This document shows, piece after piece, positions 8,836-20,193 of a stretch of DNA of 64,000 nucleotides; position 1 is the first letter of the stretch; each line of letters begins with the position of its first letter. Below the pieces are notes generated by a model, which worked only from the letters and a program-made list of their open reading frames with translations, did not search any database and was not told the DNA's origin. The position numbers were made by a program, and so were the translations under genes. This DNA comes from Candidatus Binatia bacterium (GTDB lineage Bacteria; Desulfobacterota; Binatia; UBA9968; CAXXLF01), in the NCBI GenBank assembly GCA_963664015.2, contig CAXXLF010000001.1:672001-736000 (forward strand), read 5' to 3'.

Positions 8836-11800
8836 CTACCGGCCGTGGCACCTCTTGTACTTTTTGCCACTGCCACAGGGGCAGGAGTCGTTCCGCCCGA
8901 CTTTGCCCCCTTCCCGCTTCACCGTCGCTACCCGGGCAGGTTCGTCGGCCTCGCCTCCATGGCTCAAGACCATTTTCTTTGGACGCCCCTGGACCTCCAG
9001 CTGCTCTACGGCGTCTTCTTGGGCTACCTCGATGGTAAACAGCTTTTGAATCACGTCCCCCTGAATGGTCTGAATCATCTCCTCGAACATGGAGAACCCT
9101 TCCTTCTGGTATTCTTGCAAGGGATTTTTTTGGCCGTATCCCCTAAGCCCAATTCCCTCCTTTAAAGAATCCATATTCAAGAGGTGATCTTTCCACAAGG
9201 CATCAATGGTCTGGAGCATGATGATCTTTTCCAATTGGCGGAGCAGAGGAGCGCTGATTCGGTTTTCCTTGTCCGTATAGGTCTGTGTAACCCGATCCAA
9301 AACCCTCTCCTGGAGACTCTCGGGGGTCAATTCCTCCAGGTCCTCCGTCTTGAGCTGGTACCGAAAATTGAATTGATGAAATAAATTCTCACTGAGGCCG
9401 TTCAGATCCCACTCCTCAGGCGGCAGTTGGGCATCGACGCATCGGGTGACGGTGTCCTCAGCCAGACCTTCAGCCATCCCCAGCACTTGTTCCTTTAAGT
9501 CCTCTCCCTTGAGGACCTCTCGTCTTTGTTGATATATCACCTCCCGCTGCTTGTTCATGACGTCGTCATATTCCAGGAGGTGTTTTCGGATATCGAAGTT
9601 ATGAGCCTCAACCTTTTTCTGCGCGTTCTCGATAGCCCGGGTAACCAATCCGTGTTCTATGGGGATCCCCTCTTCCATCCCCAGTCGGTTCATAATTCCC
9701 TGAATTCGCTCGGCACCGAAGATACGCATCAAATCATCTTCCAGGGAGAGATAGAAGCGCGAAGAACCCGGATCGCCCTGACGACCGGAGCGGCCCCGAA
9801 GCTGATTGTCGATTCTACGACTCTCATGCCGTTCCGTGCCTATGATGTGAACCCCACCAGCGGCAATGACCTTGGACCGTTCGTCACTGGACAACGCTTG
9901 ATACTGTTCGAGAAGCTCACCAAACCTCTGCCGATATGAATCAGGGGCCTTTTCCAATTCCTCGCGGACCTTATCCACGGCCTGCGAGTACTCTTGCCTC
10001 TTGGCTTCGTACGTCTTCTGCGCCTCCTCTACGGCTGCCTCATAGGGACGGCGCACCTGGTCGCACAGCGCCTCGGCCTCTTCAAAGGCTCGGTGCGCCT
10101 CGGCATACTCGGCCACAAGGGAAGCGTGTTCCCCCTGGGACAAAAGGGCCATAACTACGACAAACTCAAACTCATCGAGCTGTTCCTCATACTTCCGTCT
10201 TGTCTCATCTACGGCCTCGACAAGCTGCTGGCGACCACCATTGGCTTTCTGCCACTGTTCCAGGTACTGCCCCAGAGCTTCACGGGCTTCCTCGAAGGCC
10301 GTCCGGGCCTCGGGCTTGTTCATCCCCGCTGATTCCAGAACCGAGCTCTCCCATTTTTCCTTAGCTTCCAGGTACCTCTCGGGAATGCTACGCAACGAAT
10401 GCAATGCCTCGATGAACTCGGTTGCGGAGACGTCCTCGTACTCCTGACGGATGCCTTCGAACGGGGAAAGCGCCCTTAGCTTTGGATGAACTTCCGTGGA
10501 TTTTTTCAATGCGGCGGCCCGGGCCTGATCGTGGAGTTGGCCGTCCTGACGGAAACGTTGTTCTGCCCGCTGAATTTCCTCCTCGTACTTCTCTTTCAGC
10601 TCTTTTAAGGCATCCTCGTAGCGGGTAGTCCCCTGAAAAGGAAGCTTCGTGGCTTTACTCATCCATTCATTTTCCATGTCGGACCGGGCCAGAAACTCGG
10701 GATTGCCGCCAAGCAGGATATCCGTACCCCGTCCGGCCATATTGGTAGCTATGGTCACCGCACCCAGTCTCCCCGCCTGGGCGATGATCGTCGCTTCCGC
10801 CTCATGGTTTACGGCGTTTAATACGTTGTGGCGGATGCTCTTTTGTTTGAGCATACGAGCCAGACGTTCCGACCGCTCGACCGAAACCGTACCAACGAGA
10901 ACCGGTTGGCCCCGGCCGTGGCAATCCTCGATCTCCTCCACCACCGCATCGAACTTTTCCCTCTCGCTGCGATAGACAACGTCTGGATGATCGGCCCTGA
11001 CCATAGGCCGGTGGGTGGGAACCACCAGCACGTCAAGTTTGTAGATCTTTTTGAACTCGGTTGCCTCCGTATCCGCCGTACCCGTCATGCCGGCCAGTTT
11101 ATTGTACATACGGAAATAGTTCTGGATCGTAATGGTTGCCAGGGTCTGATTTTCTTCCCGAATACGTACCCGCTCCTTGGCCTCGACGGCCTGATGGAGT
11201 CCGTCGGACCAGCGCCTTCCGGGCATGAGCCTTCCCGTGAACTCATCTACAATCATGACTTCGCCCTCTTTGACGACGTAATCCACGTCCCGCTTGAAGA
11301 GACTGTGTGCCTTGAGGGCCTGATTGACGTGATGAAGCGTCTCGATGTGCCTGGGATCATAGAGGTTGTGGATGCTCAACAAGCGCTCCACCTTGGCGAT
11401 GCCAGTTTCTGTAAGCGTGGAAGTACGGCTCTTTTCGTCGACCGTATAGTCTCCCTGGGCTTCGATGGCAGCGCGATTTTCCTGGGATGGATCTCCCTGG
11501 ACAACCGCTCCACGCTGCAGTTTAGGAATGATTCTGTCGATGGTGTAGTACTTGTCTGTAGATTCCTCCGCAGGACCGGAAATAATGAGAGGTGTCCTGG
11601 CCTCGTCGATGAGGATATTATCGACCTCGTCGACGACGGCGAAGTTCAGATCCCGTTGTACGTACTCGTCCAAGGAGAACTTCATATTGTCCCGCAGATA
11701 ATCGAATCCGAACTCGTTGTTGGTCCCGTAGGTGATATCAGCAGCATAGGCCTCGCGGCGTGTGACAGGGCGCAGGTTGAGGTAACGGTAGTCTTTGGTC

Positions 11801-12306
11801 ACGTGCGTAGGGTCGAAAAGATAGCTGGAATCATGCACGATGGAAGCTATGGAGAGTCCGAGCCGGTGATAGATAGGCCCCATCCATTGGACATCCCGGC
11901 GGGCAAGGTAGTCATTCACGGTAATGAGGTGGGCCCCTTTTCCCTCCAGAGTGTTCAAGTAAATGGCGAGGGTGGCAACCAGGGTTTTCCCCTCGCCGGT
12001 TTTCATCTCAGCGATCTTGCCTTCGTGGAGCACTACACCGCCGATAAGCTGGGCGTCGAAGTGGCGTAACCCCAAGCTTCGTTTCGACGATTCCCTCACG
12101 GTCGCGAAAGCTTCGGGAAGCAATTCGTCCAGAGAGGTCCCTTCGCCGAGCCGTTTCTTGAATTCTTCGGTCTTCGCCGGTAGTTCAGCATCGGTGAGCT
12201 TTTCACAGGAGGCTTCAAGAGCGTTGATGGCTTCGACGTAAGGCCGAATGCGCTTTAACTCCCGCTCGTTCTTTGTACCGACAATCTTTTTGATTAAACC
12301 CAGCAT
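8836..12306 (-). CDS. secA: Preprotein translocase ATPase SecA with a ~275-aa insertion in the variable region
   Basis: [58 protein letters not shown] and C-terminal [13 protein letters not shown]; 1156 aa. Confidence 0.98.
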   Translation of the reverse strand: MLGLIKKIVGTKNERELKRIRPYVEAINALEASCEKLTDAELPAKTEEFKKRLGEGTSLDELLPEAFATVRESSKRSLGLRHFDAQLIGGVVLHEGKIAEMKTGEGKTLVATLAIYLNTLEGKGAHLITVNDYLARRDVQWMGPIYHRLGLSIASIVHDSSYLFDPTHVTKDYRYLNLRPVTRREAYAADITYGTNNEFGFDYLRDNMKFSLDEYVQRDLNFAVVDEVDNILIDEARTPLIISGPAEESTDKYYTIDRIIPKLQRGAVVQGDPSQENRAAIEAQGDYTVDEKSRTSTLTETGIAKVERLLSIHNLYDPRHIETLHHVNQALKAHSLFKRDVDYVVKEGEVMIVDEFTGRLMPGRRWSDGLHQAVEAKERVRIREENQTLATITIQNYFRMYNKLAGMTGTADTEATEFKKIYKLDVLVVPTHRPMVRADHPDVVYRSEREKFDAVVEEIEDCHGRGQPVLVGTVSVERSERLARMLKQKSIRHNVLNAVNHEAEATIIAQAGRLGAVTIATNMAGRGTDILLGGNPEFLARSDMENEWMSKATKLPFQGTTRYEDALKELKEKYEEEIQRAEQRFRQDGQLHDQARAAALKKSTEVHPKLRALSPFEGIRQEYEDVSATEFIEALHSLRSIPERYLEAKEKWESSVLESAGMNKPEARTAFEEAREALGQYLEQWQKANGGRQQLVEAVDETRRKYEEQLDEFEFVVVMALLSQGEHASLVAEYAEAHRAFEEAEALCDQVRRPYEAAVEEAQKTYEAKRQEYSQAVDKVREELEKAPDSYRQRFGELLEQYQALSSDERSKVIAAGGVHIIGTERHESRRIDNQLRGRSGRQGDPGSSRFYLSLEDDLMRIFGAERIQGIMNRLGMEEGIPIEHGLVTRAIENAQKKVEAHNFDIRKHLLEYDDVMNKQREVIYQQRREVLKGEDLKEQVLGMAEGLAEDTVTRCVDAQLPPEEWDLNGLSENLFHQFNFRYQLKTEDLEELTPESLQERVLDRVTQTYTDKENRISAPLLRQLEKIIMLQTIDALWKDHLLNMDSLKEGIGLRGYGQKNPLQEYQKEGFSMFEEMIQTIQGDVIQKLFTIEVAQEDAVEQLEVQGRPKKMVLSHGGEADEPARVATVKREGGKVGRNDSCPCGSGKKYKRCHGR

Positions 12307-12461
12307 AAGACCACTCTAAATTACACGATTCTTAAAGGAAAAACCACGGTAGGAAAGTGTTATTCAGTCATTCTCATTAGTCAATAGGGATTCACGATCC
12401 ATTGCCGGGTGGCTTGCGAGCAGTGGTCATCTTTCATCGCGCCCGAGCGTCATCTTCGACA

Positions 12462-12510
12462 ATGAAGCCTCCACGGGCTTACGCCCATGGCCATCTGCGA
12501 AGACGGATAA
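12462..12510 (+). mobile_element. Collapsed (solo) copy of dispersed hairpin MITE
   Basis: atgaagcctccacgggcttacgcccatgg joined directly to ccatctgcgaagacggataa; same ends as copies at 15076, 21921 and 30893. Confidence 0.7.
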
Positions 12511-12541
12511 GCGTCCAACCCATCGTCGATTCCAGTTAAAA

Positions 12542-13678
12542 CTACTGCGCAGCGATTATCTGCTCCCCCAACTCCTTTTCACAACTGGGGGCAAAACCGA
12601 AGACCTGTTCCCAAACCTGTTTAGACTCCATACAGAGAAAGACAAAGACCGTCGGCGAGGCTTGGCGGATCCAGTGGAGCATCTTGCGATACATACTTAC
12701 CCGTAATGGATGAAAATAGCGCATTTTGCCGTCGGGACCTAGAATCTGTTCTCCTGCGAGGAGACCGCTGGCGGGAAATCTTTGACGCATGATCCTTTTC
12801 AAACCCGGAGTGTTGCGTAGGACACCCATACTAAGCCACGCAATCCTTCGATGGTCCAGAACGGAAAAGACCCTCTCTACCATTTCCCGGTAGTCCTCTT
12901 CCCAGCCACTGTATTCAACCATGGGGTCGAAGTGAAAGCCCAATTTGTATCCCGCCTCCTGACAGCGCCGGGCCGCCTCAAGCCTCTCCTCAATTGAGGC
13001 AGTTCCATGCTCGTCCGCATCAATCACTCTTTGGGGATTCATGGACCAGGAAACCACCACTCGTCCCTTGGGATCCAAAGACACCAACCGATCCACGCAG
13101 CGACTCTTCGTTTTGAGCTCTAATAGGGCGTTGGGGTGCTCAGCGAAGCATGGAACGATCTGCTCGGAAAAGGCGATGTAGGGGTCCAATGCCAGGCTGT
13201 CCGTAATTTCCCCCGTGCCCACACGGAAAAAGAAATTCCGGTGTTTGTTGAATAGGTTATGAGCCTCACCTAGCAAGTCCTCCACGTTACTGAAGACCTT
13301 GAGGGCCGGATTCTGCGCAAGGTAGTCCTGCAAATAACAATAGCTGCATTCCATAGGGCAGTTACTGGCAAAGTTGATGACATAGTAGTTACAGCAGACA
13401 CTGCCTTCGCTGCCAGGGCATTTTTTAAGGAACTCGCCTTTATAGCGCGTCAAGAAGAGACGTTTTTTGCCTTCGCCAAAAGGATCCCCCGTGGAACGCA
13501 GCTTGGCCAGGAACTCATCCGCATTCTCTACAAGGGTGAAAGGCGTCTCGGGCAAAGTGCGCCGCAGATTCTCGTAAACTAGGCCGTGCTCCGAACCGAC
13601 CTCGACAATTACCTCTTGAGGCCGGTAGCCGCCCCCATCTACTACCATGCGGGTCTGTTCTGCTTGTGACGCGGCCAC
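12542..13678 (-). CDS. Spore photoproduct lyase (SplB)-family radical SAM protein
   Basis: KKCPGS...CCNY, CPMECSYCYLQ (CxxxCxxC), GTGEITDSL, LELKTKS, HFDP motifs. Confidence 0.88.
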   Translation of the reverse strand: MAASQAEQTRMVVDGGGYRPQEVIVEVGSEHGLVYENLRRTLPETPFTLVENADEFLAKLRSTGDPFGEGKKRLFLTRYKGEFLKKCPGSEGSVCCNYYVINFASNCPMECSYCYLQDYLAQNPALKVFSNVEDLLGEAHNLFNKHRNFFFRVGTGEITDSLALDPYIAFSEQIVPCFAEHPNALLELKTKSRCVDRLVSLDPKGRVVVSWSMNPQRVIDADEHGTASIEERLEAARRCQEAGYKLGFHFDPMVEYSGWEEDYREMVERVFSVLDHRRIAWLSMGVLRNTPGLKRIMRQRFPASGLLAGEQILGPDGKMRYFHPLRVSMYRKMLHWIRQASPTVFVFLCMESKQVWEQVFGFAPSCEKELGEQIIAAQ

Positions 13679-14212
13679 TTACACCGCCTCCCCGCTCAGA
13701 TAGTCAAAGACCTCTTTGACCTCGATCCGATCCATGAGGGTGGCGAGTTCACCTACCAGGCGTTTGAGCTCTTCGTGGCTTGTCGATTTCACCTGCAACA
13801 TGAGAAACCCACCCTCGAGAGCCAATGGTACGGATAATTGAATTTCAGACTTAAGTCCCATGGTACGAATCCGCTTCTGGATTTCCCGCTCCGCCTGAAC
13901 CAATCGGGGGAAGCGAAGCCGTCTGAGTTCCTCCTTGACCCGTCTGAGCTTGTCATTGCGACCCAGCCGGGGATCCTTCCAGATCGGTTCGATGGAGCTC
14001 GACTTGACGATATCACGGAAACTCACGACGTCCCGATGAGCCATTTCTTCCATCCAATCCAAAAACTCCCGCAAATGGTTTTCTCCGATGTTCAGCTCCC
14101 TAGCAAACTCCAGGAGAACCTCCCCATCGGATTCGGAGAGATGAAGCCATCGTTCAAGCGTTTGTCTGCGAATCGCCCGTTGGCGACCATACTCTTCAAT
14201 TGCATGATTCAT
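13679..14212 (-). CDS. Hypothetical helical protein
   Basis: 177-aa ORF overlapping the GT2 stop and abutting the radical SAM start; RRLRFPRL segment. Confidence 0.75.
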   Translation of the reverse strand: MNHAIEEYGRQRAIRRQTLERWLHLSESDGEVLLEFARELNIGENHLREFLDWMEEMAHRDVVSFRDIVKSSSIEPIWKDPRLGRNDKLRRVKEELRRLRFPRLVQAEREIQKRIRTMGLKSEIQLSVPLALEGGFLMLQVKSTSHEELKRLVGELATLMDRIEVKEVFDYLSGEAV

Positions 14213-15044
14213 GGGAAACTGCTCCTCCAGCGAACCGAGTTAGCACACGTTCATAGCCAACGGCCTCGTCCTCTTTACCCCTTTTTCTTGCACCCTGCGC
14301 GAGAATGGCCACTTTGCATTCTAAAACCTCCAAGGTCCATTCCCTTTTTTCTCCCTGCAATCCCGACGCGAGGAGTTTTTCCAGAGCTCGGATTCGAAAT
14401 CTGTCCATTCCCCAAGTCGAACGGGACAACTGATCCCGGTGGCCTCCCCGCTTAATGGTCAGTGGCTCGGGTATCAGGGGAACCTCCGTATCCACAGCGA
14501 GGCGCAACCAGAGATCGTAATCCTCACAGACCACAAGCGTCTCGTCAAATCCCCCTACCCCCTCGAACAACCCCCTAGTTATCATCACACTGGACGGGCT
14601 GACAAGGCATAGGTCAAGACTGGCACGAAATATGTTTCCAGAAGGCTTATGGTGTCTCTTCCCAGGGTTGACCCGTACGCCGTTGCGAATCCAGACTTCC
14701 TCGGTCTGACAAATCTTGACTTCCGGATTAGCCCTCATAAAGGCCATTTGAGTCTGGAGCTTACGGGGCTGCCACAGGTCATCGGAGTCCAGAAAGCAAA
14801 GGTAACGGCCCTGGGCGTGGCGAACCCCCAAGTTACGCGCCGCCGCCACCCCCTGTCTGGGCTGACGAAGTACTGTAATTTCCATACCATAGCACTCAAG
14901 CCTGTCCATTGTCCCATCATCGGAGCCATCATCAACTACTATGAGTTCGAATTCCCTGAATCTTTGCTTACGCACCGACTCGATAGCCTCAGAGACCAAT
15001 GGCCAGCGATTAAAGGTAGGAATAATGATGCTTACCAGTTCCAT
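14196..15044 (-). CDS. Glycosyltransferase family 2
   Basis: VSIIIPTFNR, VVDDGSDD, ARNLG, FLDSDD, EDYDLWLR motifs. Confidence 0.93.
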   Translation of the reverse strand: MELVSIIIPTFNRWPLVSEAIESVRKQRFREFELIVVDDGSDDGTMDRLECYGMEITVLRQPRQGVAAARNLGVRHAQGRYLCFLDSDDLWQPRKLQTQMAFMRANPEVKICQTEEVWIRNGVRVNPGKRHHKPSGNIFRASLDLCLVSPSSVMITRGLFEGVGGFDETLVVCEDYDLWLRLAVDTEVPLIPEPLTIKRGGHRDQLSRSTWGMDRFRIRALEKLLASGLQGEKREWTLEVLECKVAILAQGARKRGKEDEAVGYERVLTRFAGGAVSHESCN

Positions 15045-15075
15045 GGCACGGGTTGCTCAGCAGGCACGAGAAATC

Positions 15076-15235
15076 ATGTATCCTCCACGGGCTTACGCCC
15101 GTAGTATCCATCATTTCTTCGGCTCTTCGGCGGAATCCCCCGAAGCACCCTCCTTCGCTCGTTGAGCTTCGGAGGGTCCGACCGTCGCATTCATCCATGG
15201 GCTTACGCCCATGGCCTTCTGCGAAGGCGGATAAA
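15076..15235 (+). mobile_element. Full-length copy of dispersed hairpin MITE (IS200/IS605-end-like)
   Basis: Two ccaygggcttacgcccrt hairpins, internal cttcggcggaatcccccgaag hairpin, right end ctgcgaaggcggataaa. Confidence 0.75.
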
Positions 15236-15399
15236 CATCAATATTGTACAATGCTTACGCCGCGTTGCCCCGTGGAACACCGTCCTAATATACCGACAAT
15301 CACGGAACATCTCCGTCGAAAAAAGAATAACATATTCAGCGAATTTTTGAAGCAAATCTCCACTCAAAGGCCCACCCCGGACTAACCCCCATAAGTGTA

Positions 15400-15427
15400 T
15401 TGACTTTTTAAAATATTTGTATAAATT
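15400..15427 (+). promoter_or_regulatory. Candidate sigma70 promoter for the sigma factor gene
   Basis: TTGACT-16 nt-TAAATT in an AT-rich tract. Confidence 0.4.
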
Positions 15428-15602
15428 AACCTCTAGAGGTCACACCTCTACTTAAGCACTCAGGGGCTCCTGAAACGGGTCCCTGATCTTTTTAGGGATC
15501 ACTTCAGCCGCCCGTTACTTCCTGATCACCTAAAACCAGGACGTATCGGAAAATCGTTTTGCGCTGCATTCCGAATTGAGTGCAGCCGTACTTTTTTTAC
15601 AC

Positions 15603-17105
<1,503 letters not shown>

Positions 17106-17355
17106 CTTTCAAGCTCCGGGCGGGGGGCCAATAACCAAAAAGCCACCCGCCTTTCTGCTATCTCAGCAGAGTCCTGACAATCCTCCGCCACCCATCTCTT
17201 GTCCACGACTCCCCTGGCAACTGGCTTTCGGAACCCCCCACCAATCCTTTCCCATGGGAGGGATAGAGATTGACAGGATCGTGGAATAATGTAACTTTTT
17301 AAGGCCGGTCGTTTAATTCCTCCATATAAAATTTCAGCAGCTAGAGATAATCTTT

Positions 17356-18696
17356 GTGACTTTGGCATTACCGCAAGACAAATCTTACACCCTTCCGGCA
17401 GCGGATCTGGTTCAGGCCGTCCAAGACGCACGGCAGCGCACCCATGCCCTCGTGCAAGACCTCACGGACGAGCAGCTGGCAGTGCCGAAACTAGATATCG
17501 TCAACCCGATCATATGGGAGCTCGGGCATATCACATTCTTTTACGACGTATTTGTCTTACGGGTTCTCGGCTCCGATCGGTTTCTCTTGCCCGGCGCAGA
17601 GGATATGTACGATTCGTTCAAGATGCACCACGAGGACCGGTGGAGGCTTCCTCTGCCTTCAAATAAAGAAACCCTGTCCTACATGGATCGAGTCTTGAAT
17701 CGGGTTGTCAATCGACTGGAATCCCACGAGCCCGACCCTCGTGAAACTTACCTGTATCTTCTTTCGGTACTTCATGAAGACATGCACGACGAGGCCTTTA
17801 CCATGGTGCGGCAGACACTCAACTACCCACAGCCTCAACTGAGTTATTTGCCTTCCATTCCAGATAGCGCAAGGTCCAGCGATAATTCGTATCTGGGAGA
17901 CGTTCAGATACCGGGAGGTACTTTCCAATTGGGCGCAGGATCGGACACGCCGTTTCTATTTGATAACGAAAAGTGGTCTCACCCAGTAGAGATTCTCCCC
18001 TTCAGCATTGGGCGTGCCCCGGTGACCGGTGGTCAGTTCGCCGAATTCGTTGACGATCACGGTTACCAGCGCAAGGAGCTTTGGAGTACGGAAGGTTGGG
18101 TGTGGCGTTCCAAGGCCGCAGCGACTCAACCGGTCTATTGGAAGAAACAGGGCAATTCGTGGGTGCAACGCCAGTTTGACCAGTGGATCCCACTGGCAAC
18201 CAATGTCCCGGTGATGCACGTGAACTGGTTTGAGACAGAGGCCTATTGCCGCTGGGCAAAGAGAAGGCTTCCCACGGAGGCCGAATGGGACCTGGCGGCC
18301 AGCGCAGAGCCCACTCCCGACGGCAAAGGCATCACACAACGCAAGCGAAGGTATCCGTGGGGCAACGAACCGCCCACAACCGATCGGGCGAACCTGGATT
18401 CGCGGCACCTGGGTTGTGTGGATGTCGGGGCCTTCCCGGCGGGCGATAGCGCCTTCAGCTGCCGGCAGATGGTGGGCAATGTCTGGGAGTGGACCGAGTC
18501 GTCCTTTTATCCTTTTCCCGGATATCTAGTGGATTGGCCTTACCGAGAATACTCGGCCCCCTGGTTCGGTACCCGCAAGATACTCAAAGGAGGCGCCTGG
18601 GCCACACGATCACGCCTCGCCTGTAACTCGTATCGGAATTTCTTCGAACCCTTCCGCCGTGACGTCTTTGCAGGCTTTCGCACCTGTGCCATTTAA
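17356..18696 (+). CDS. senA: Selenoneine synthase SenA-type (EgtB-like DinB plus FGE-sulfatase domains)
   Basis: NPIIWELGH and HEDMHDE (SenA-type rather than EgtB SPxKWHLAH/HEQQHQE); RLPTEAEW, GNVWEW, FAGFRTCA. Confidence 0.72.
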   Translation: MTLALPQDKSYTLPAADLVQAVQDARQRTHALVQDLTDEQLAVPKLDIVNPIIWELGHITFFYDVFVLRVLGSDRFLLPGAEDMYDSFKMHHEDRWRLPLPSNKETLSYMDRVLNRVVNRLESHEPDPRETYLYLLSVLHEDMHDEAFTMVRQTLNYPQPQLSYLPSIPDSARSSDNSYLGDVQIPGGTFQLGAGSDTPFLFDNEKWSHPVEILPFSIGRAPVTGGQFAEFVDDHGYQRKELWSTEGWVWRSKAAATQPVYWKKQGNSWVQRQFDQWIPLATNVPVMHVNWFETEAYCRWAKRRLPTEAEWDLAASAEPTPDGKGITQRKRRYPWGNEPPTTDRANLDSRHLGCVDVGAFPAGDSAFSCRQMVGNVWEWTESSFYPFPGYLVDWPYREYSAPWFGTRKILKGGAWATRSRLACNSYRNFFEPFRRDVFAGFRTCAI

Positions 18697-18734
18697 CCGA
18701 CAAGACATTTCTTTCGTTGTCTCTAAGTCCTGAC

Positions 18735-19955
18735 CTCTCCCGAAGACAGAGTACCTTTGCCACCAAAGGATGCTTAGGTCTTCACCACCGCCTGTGATTA
18801 TTGTGTCGTAGCCTGTGGTTACAAAGCGTACCGGTGGCCTCTGGGTAAAGAGGGAGGCTTTCGGGGGAGTCAAAACGCCTTTGGTAAAGATTTTCCTACA
18901 GACATCTTGAGCGGAAAGTGGCCAAGCCCCAAACCAGCACAACGTCGTGATGGCCAATGGGAAGCCGCACCATATCATTGTCATCCCCGTGCAGACGCTA
19001 AAGCAGTGAATCTCACCGGAGACCTCAGTATCCGAGGTGGGACCATTGCGTAAAAGTGGTACAATCCGATGAACCCCACCCGAGATCGGCTTCAGCATCC
19101 GATGCTGAGGGTCGCTGGGACCTTGCAACCGATACCCTGGGAACTCGCCCTCGATATTTTTGCTGAGATCTCCCAATACGTCATTAAGAAACACGGGGTT
19201 CATGCCTGGGCTCAAAAGATGTTCTCTTACCATTATTTTGAGAATACCTATGCGCTAACCAAGCTGGCACTTCATTACATCGAAGCTCCAGCCTTTGCCG
19301 ACCACGACAATCCATCCGTTGCATCTTCGGCGCCTGGCTTTCGGGACGCGGGGTTCGACATCTTTGCTGCCTCTTACGAAGACTGGTCTTTAGCGGACTC
19401 TCTCTTTATCTCAGGGACTGACCCCTTCGAAACCAAAACCATTATCTGGAACGAATGGATTATGAAGGGAATCGCGACAGGGTTTAAGGTGATATTTGCA
19501 ATGCCACGCAAGACGACGGGCGTGGCCCACGCCGAAAAAACCGACGGGCTACATCTGTGGTTGTTTCCCGGATCCGACACGGTGCTTCCCTAGCCATCGC
19601 TCGTGTAATACTGGAGAAGGAGTGGGAAGCCAAGCAATGGATCGCGAAATACACCAATCACCAATGGGACACCAACTCTGGCTCCGGTCGAGGAACCCGT
19701 AACACCCCATTGCAGTAGCGCACGACATGGGGGCAGATACAAACCAAAGGATTCGTGGACTACAAGCAGTGGATTCTCTCGCATGAGGAATCGAAACTCG
19801 ATGTGGCTGAGAAAATCACCGGTGTTCCACGGGAAAAGATCATCCGCGCCGCGGAGCTGTTGGGCAAGCCCAGAGAAGACGGGACCCGTCCGAAGACCTC
19901 AATAGGCATCGAAAAAGGGAACTATTGGTCGAATAATTATCTCAACACGGCCTCT
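18735..19955 (+). pseudogene. Decayed IdrA/AioA-like molybdopterin oxidoreductase large subunit (N-terminal part only)
   Basis: VPLPPKDA*VFTTACDYCVVACGYKAYRWP; DRLQHPM; HAWAQKMFSYHYFENTYALTKLA; EKGNYWSNNY; in-frame stops, frameshifts, truncated. Confidence 0.85.
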
Positions 19956-20193
19956 GTTCACAATGCGCAGACCTGTACCGGGCACAATGTAAAGTTTAGG
20001 GCCTGTTGCCTCCCATCGCTTGACGCCGTTTCCCCATTTTCCCTTGTAATCCCTTAGTAAACCCGGCATGGTATTGACTGTATATTTATACTCACTTTAG
20101 TAGCTAGAAGCATATAATAGTCGAACCCCCAACGGGTTAGGCCAGGATACCTGAATACCTGGCGTAAGATGCGCGCACCATCACGGAATTTTA

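Noticed and set aside
9870-10695. SecA insertion as an intein
   Set aside because: No N-terminal Cys/Ser block, no His-Asn followed by Cys/Ser/Thr, no LAGLIDADG motif; composition is all-helical
10828-12069. 413-aa plus-strand ORF and other long antisense ORFs (2605-3351, 5942-6598, 44061-44747, 61174-61884)
   Set aside because: Shadow frames opposite well-supported genes in GC-rich DNA; no recognisable motifs
20078-20093. ctgtatatttatactc resembling an E. coli LexA box
   Set aside because: Right half-site is CTC rather than CAG; more simply part of an AT-rich promoter spacer
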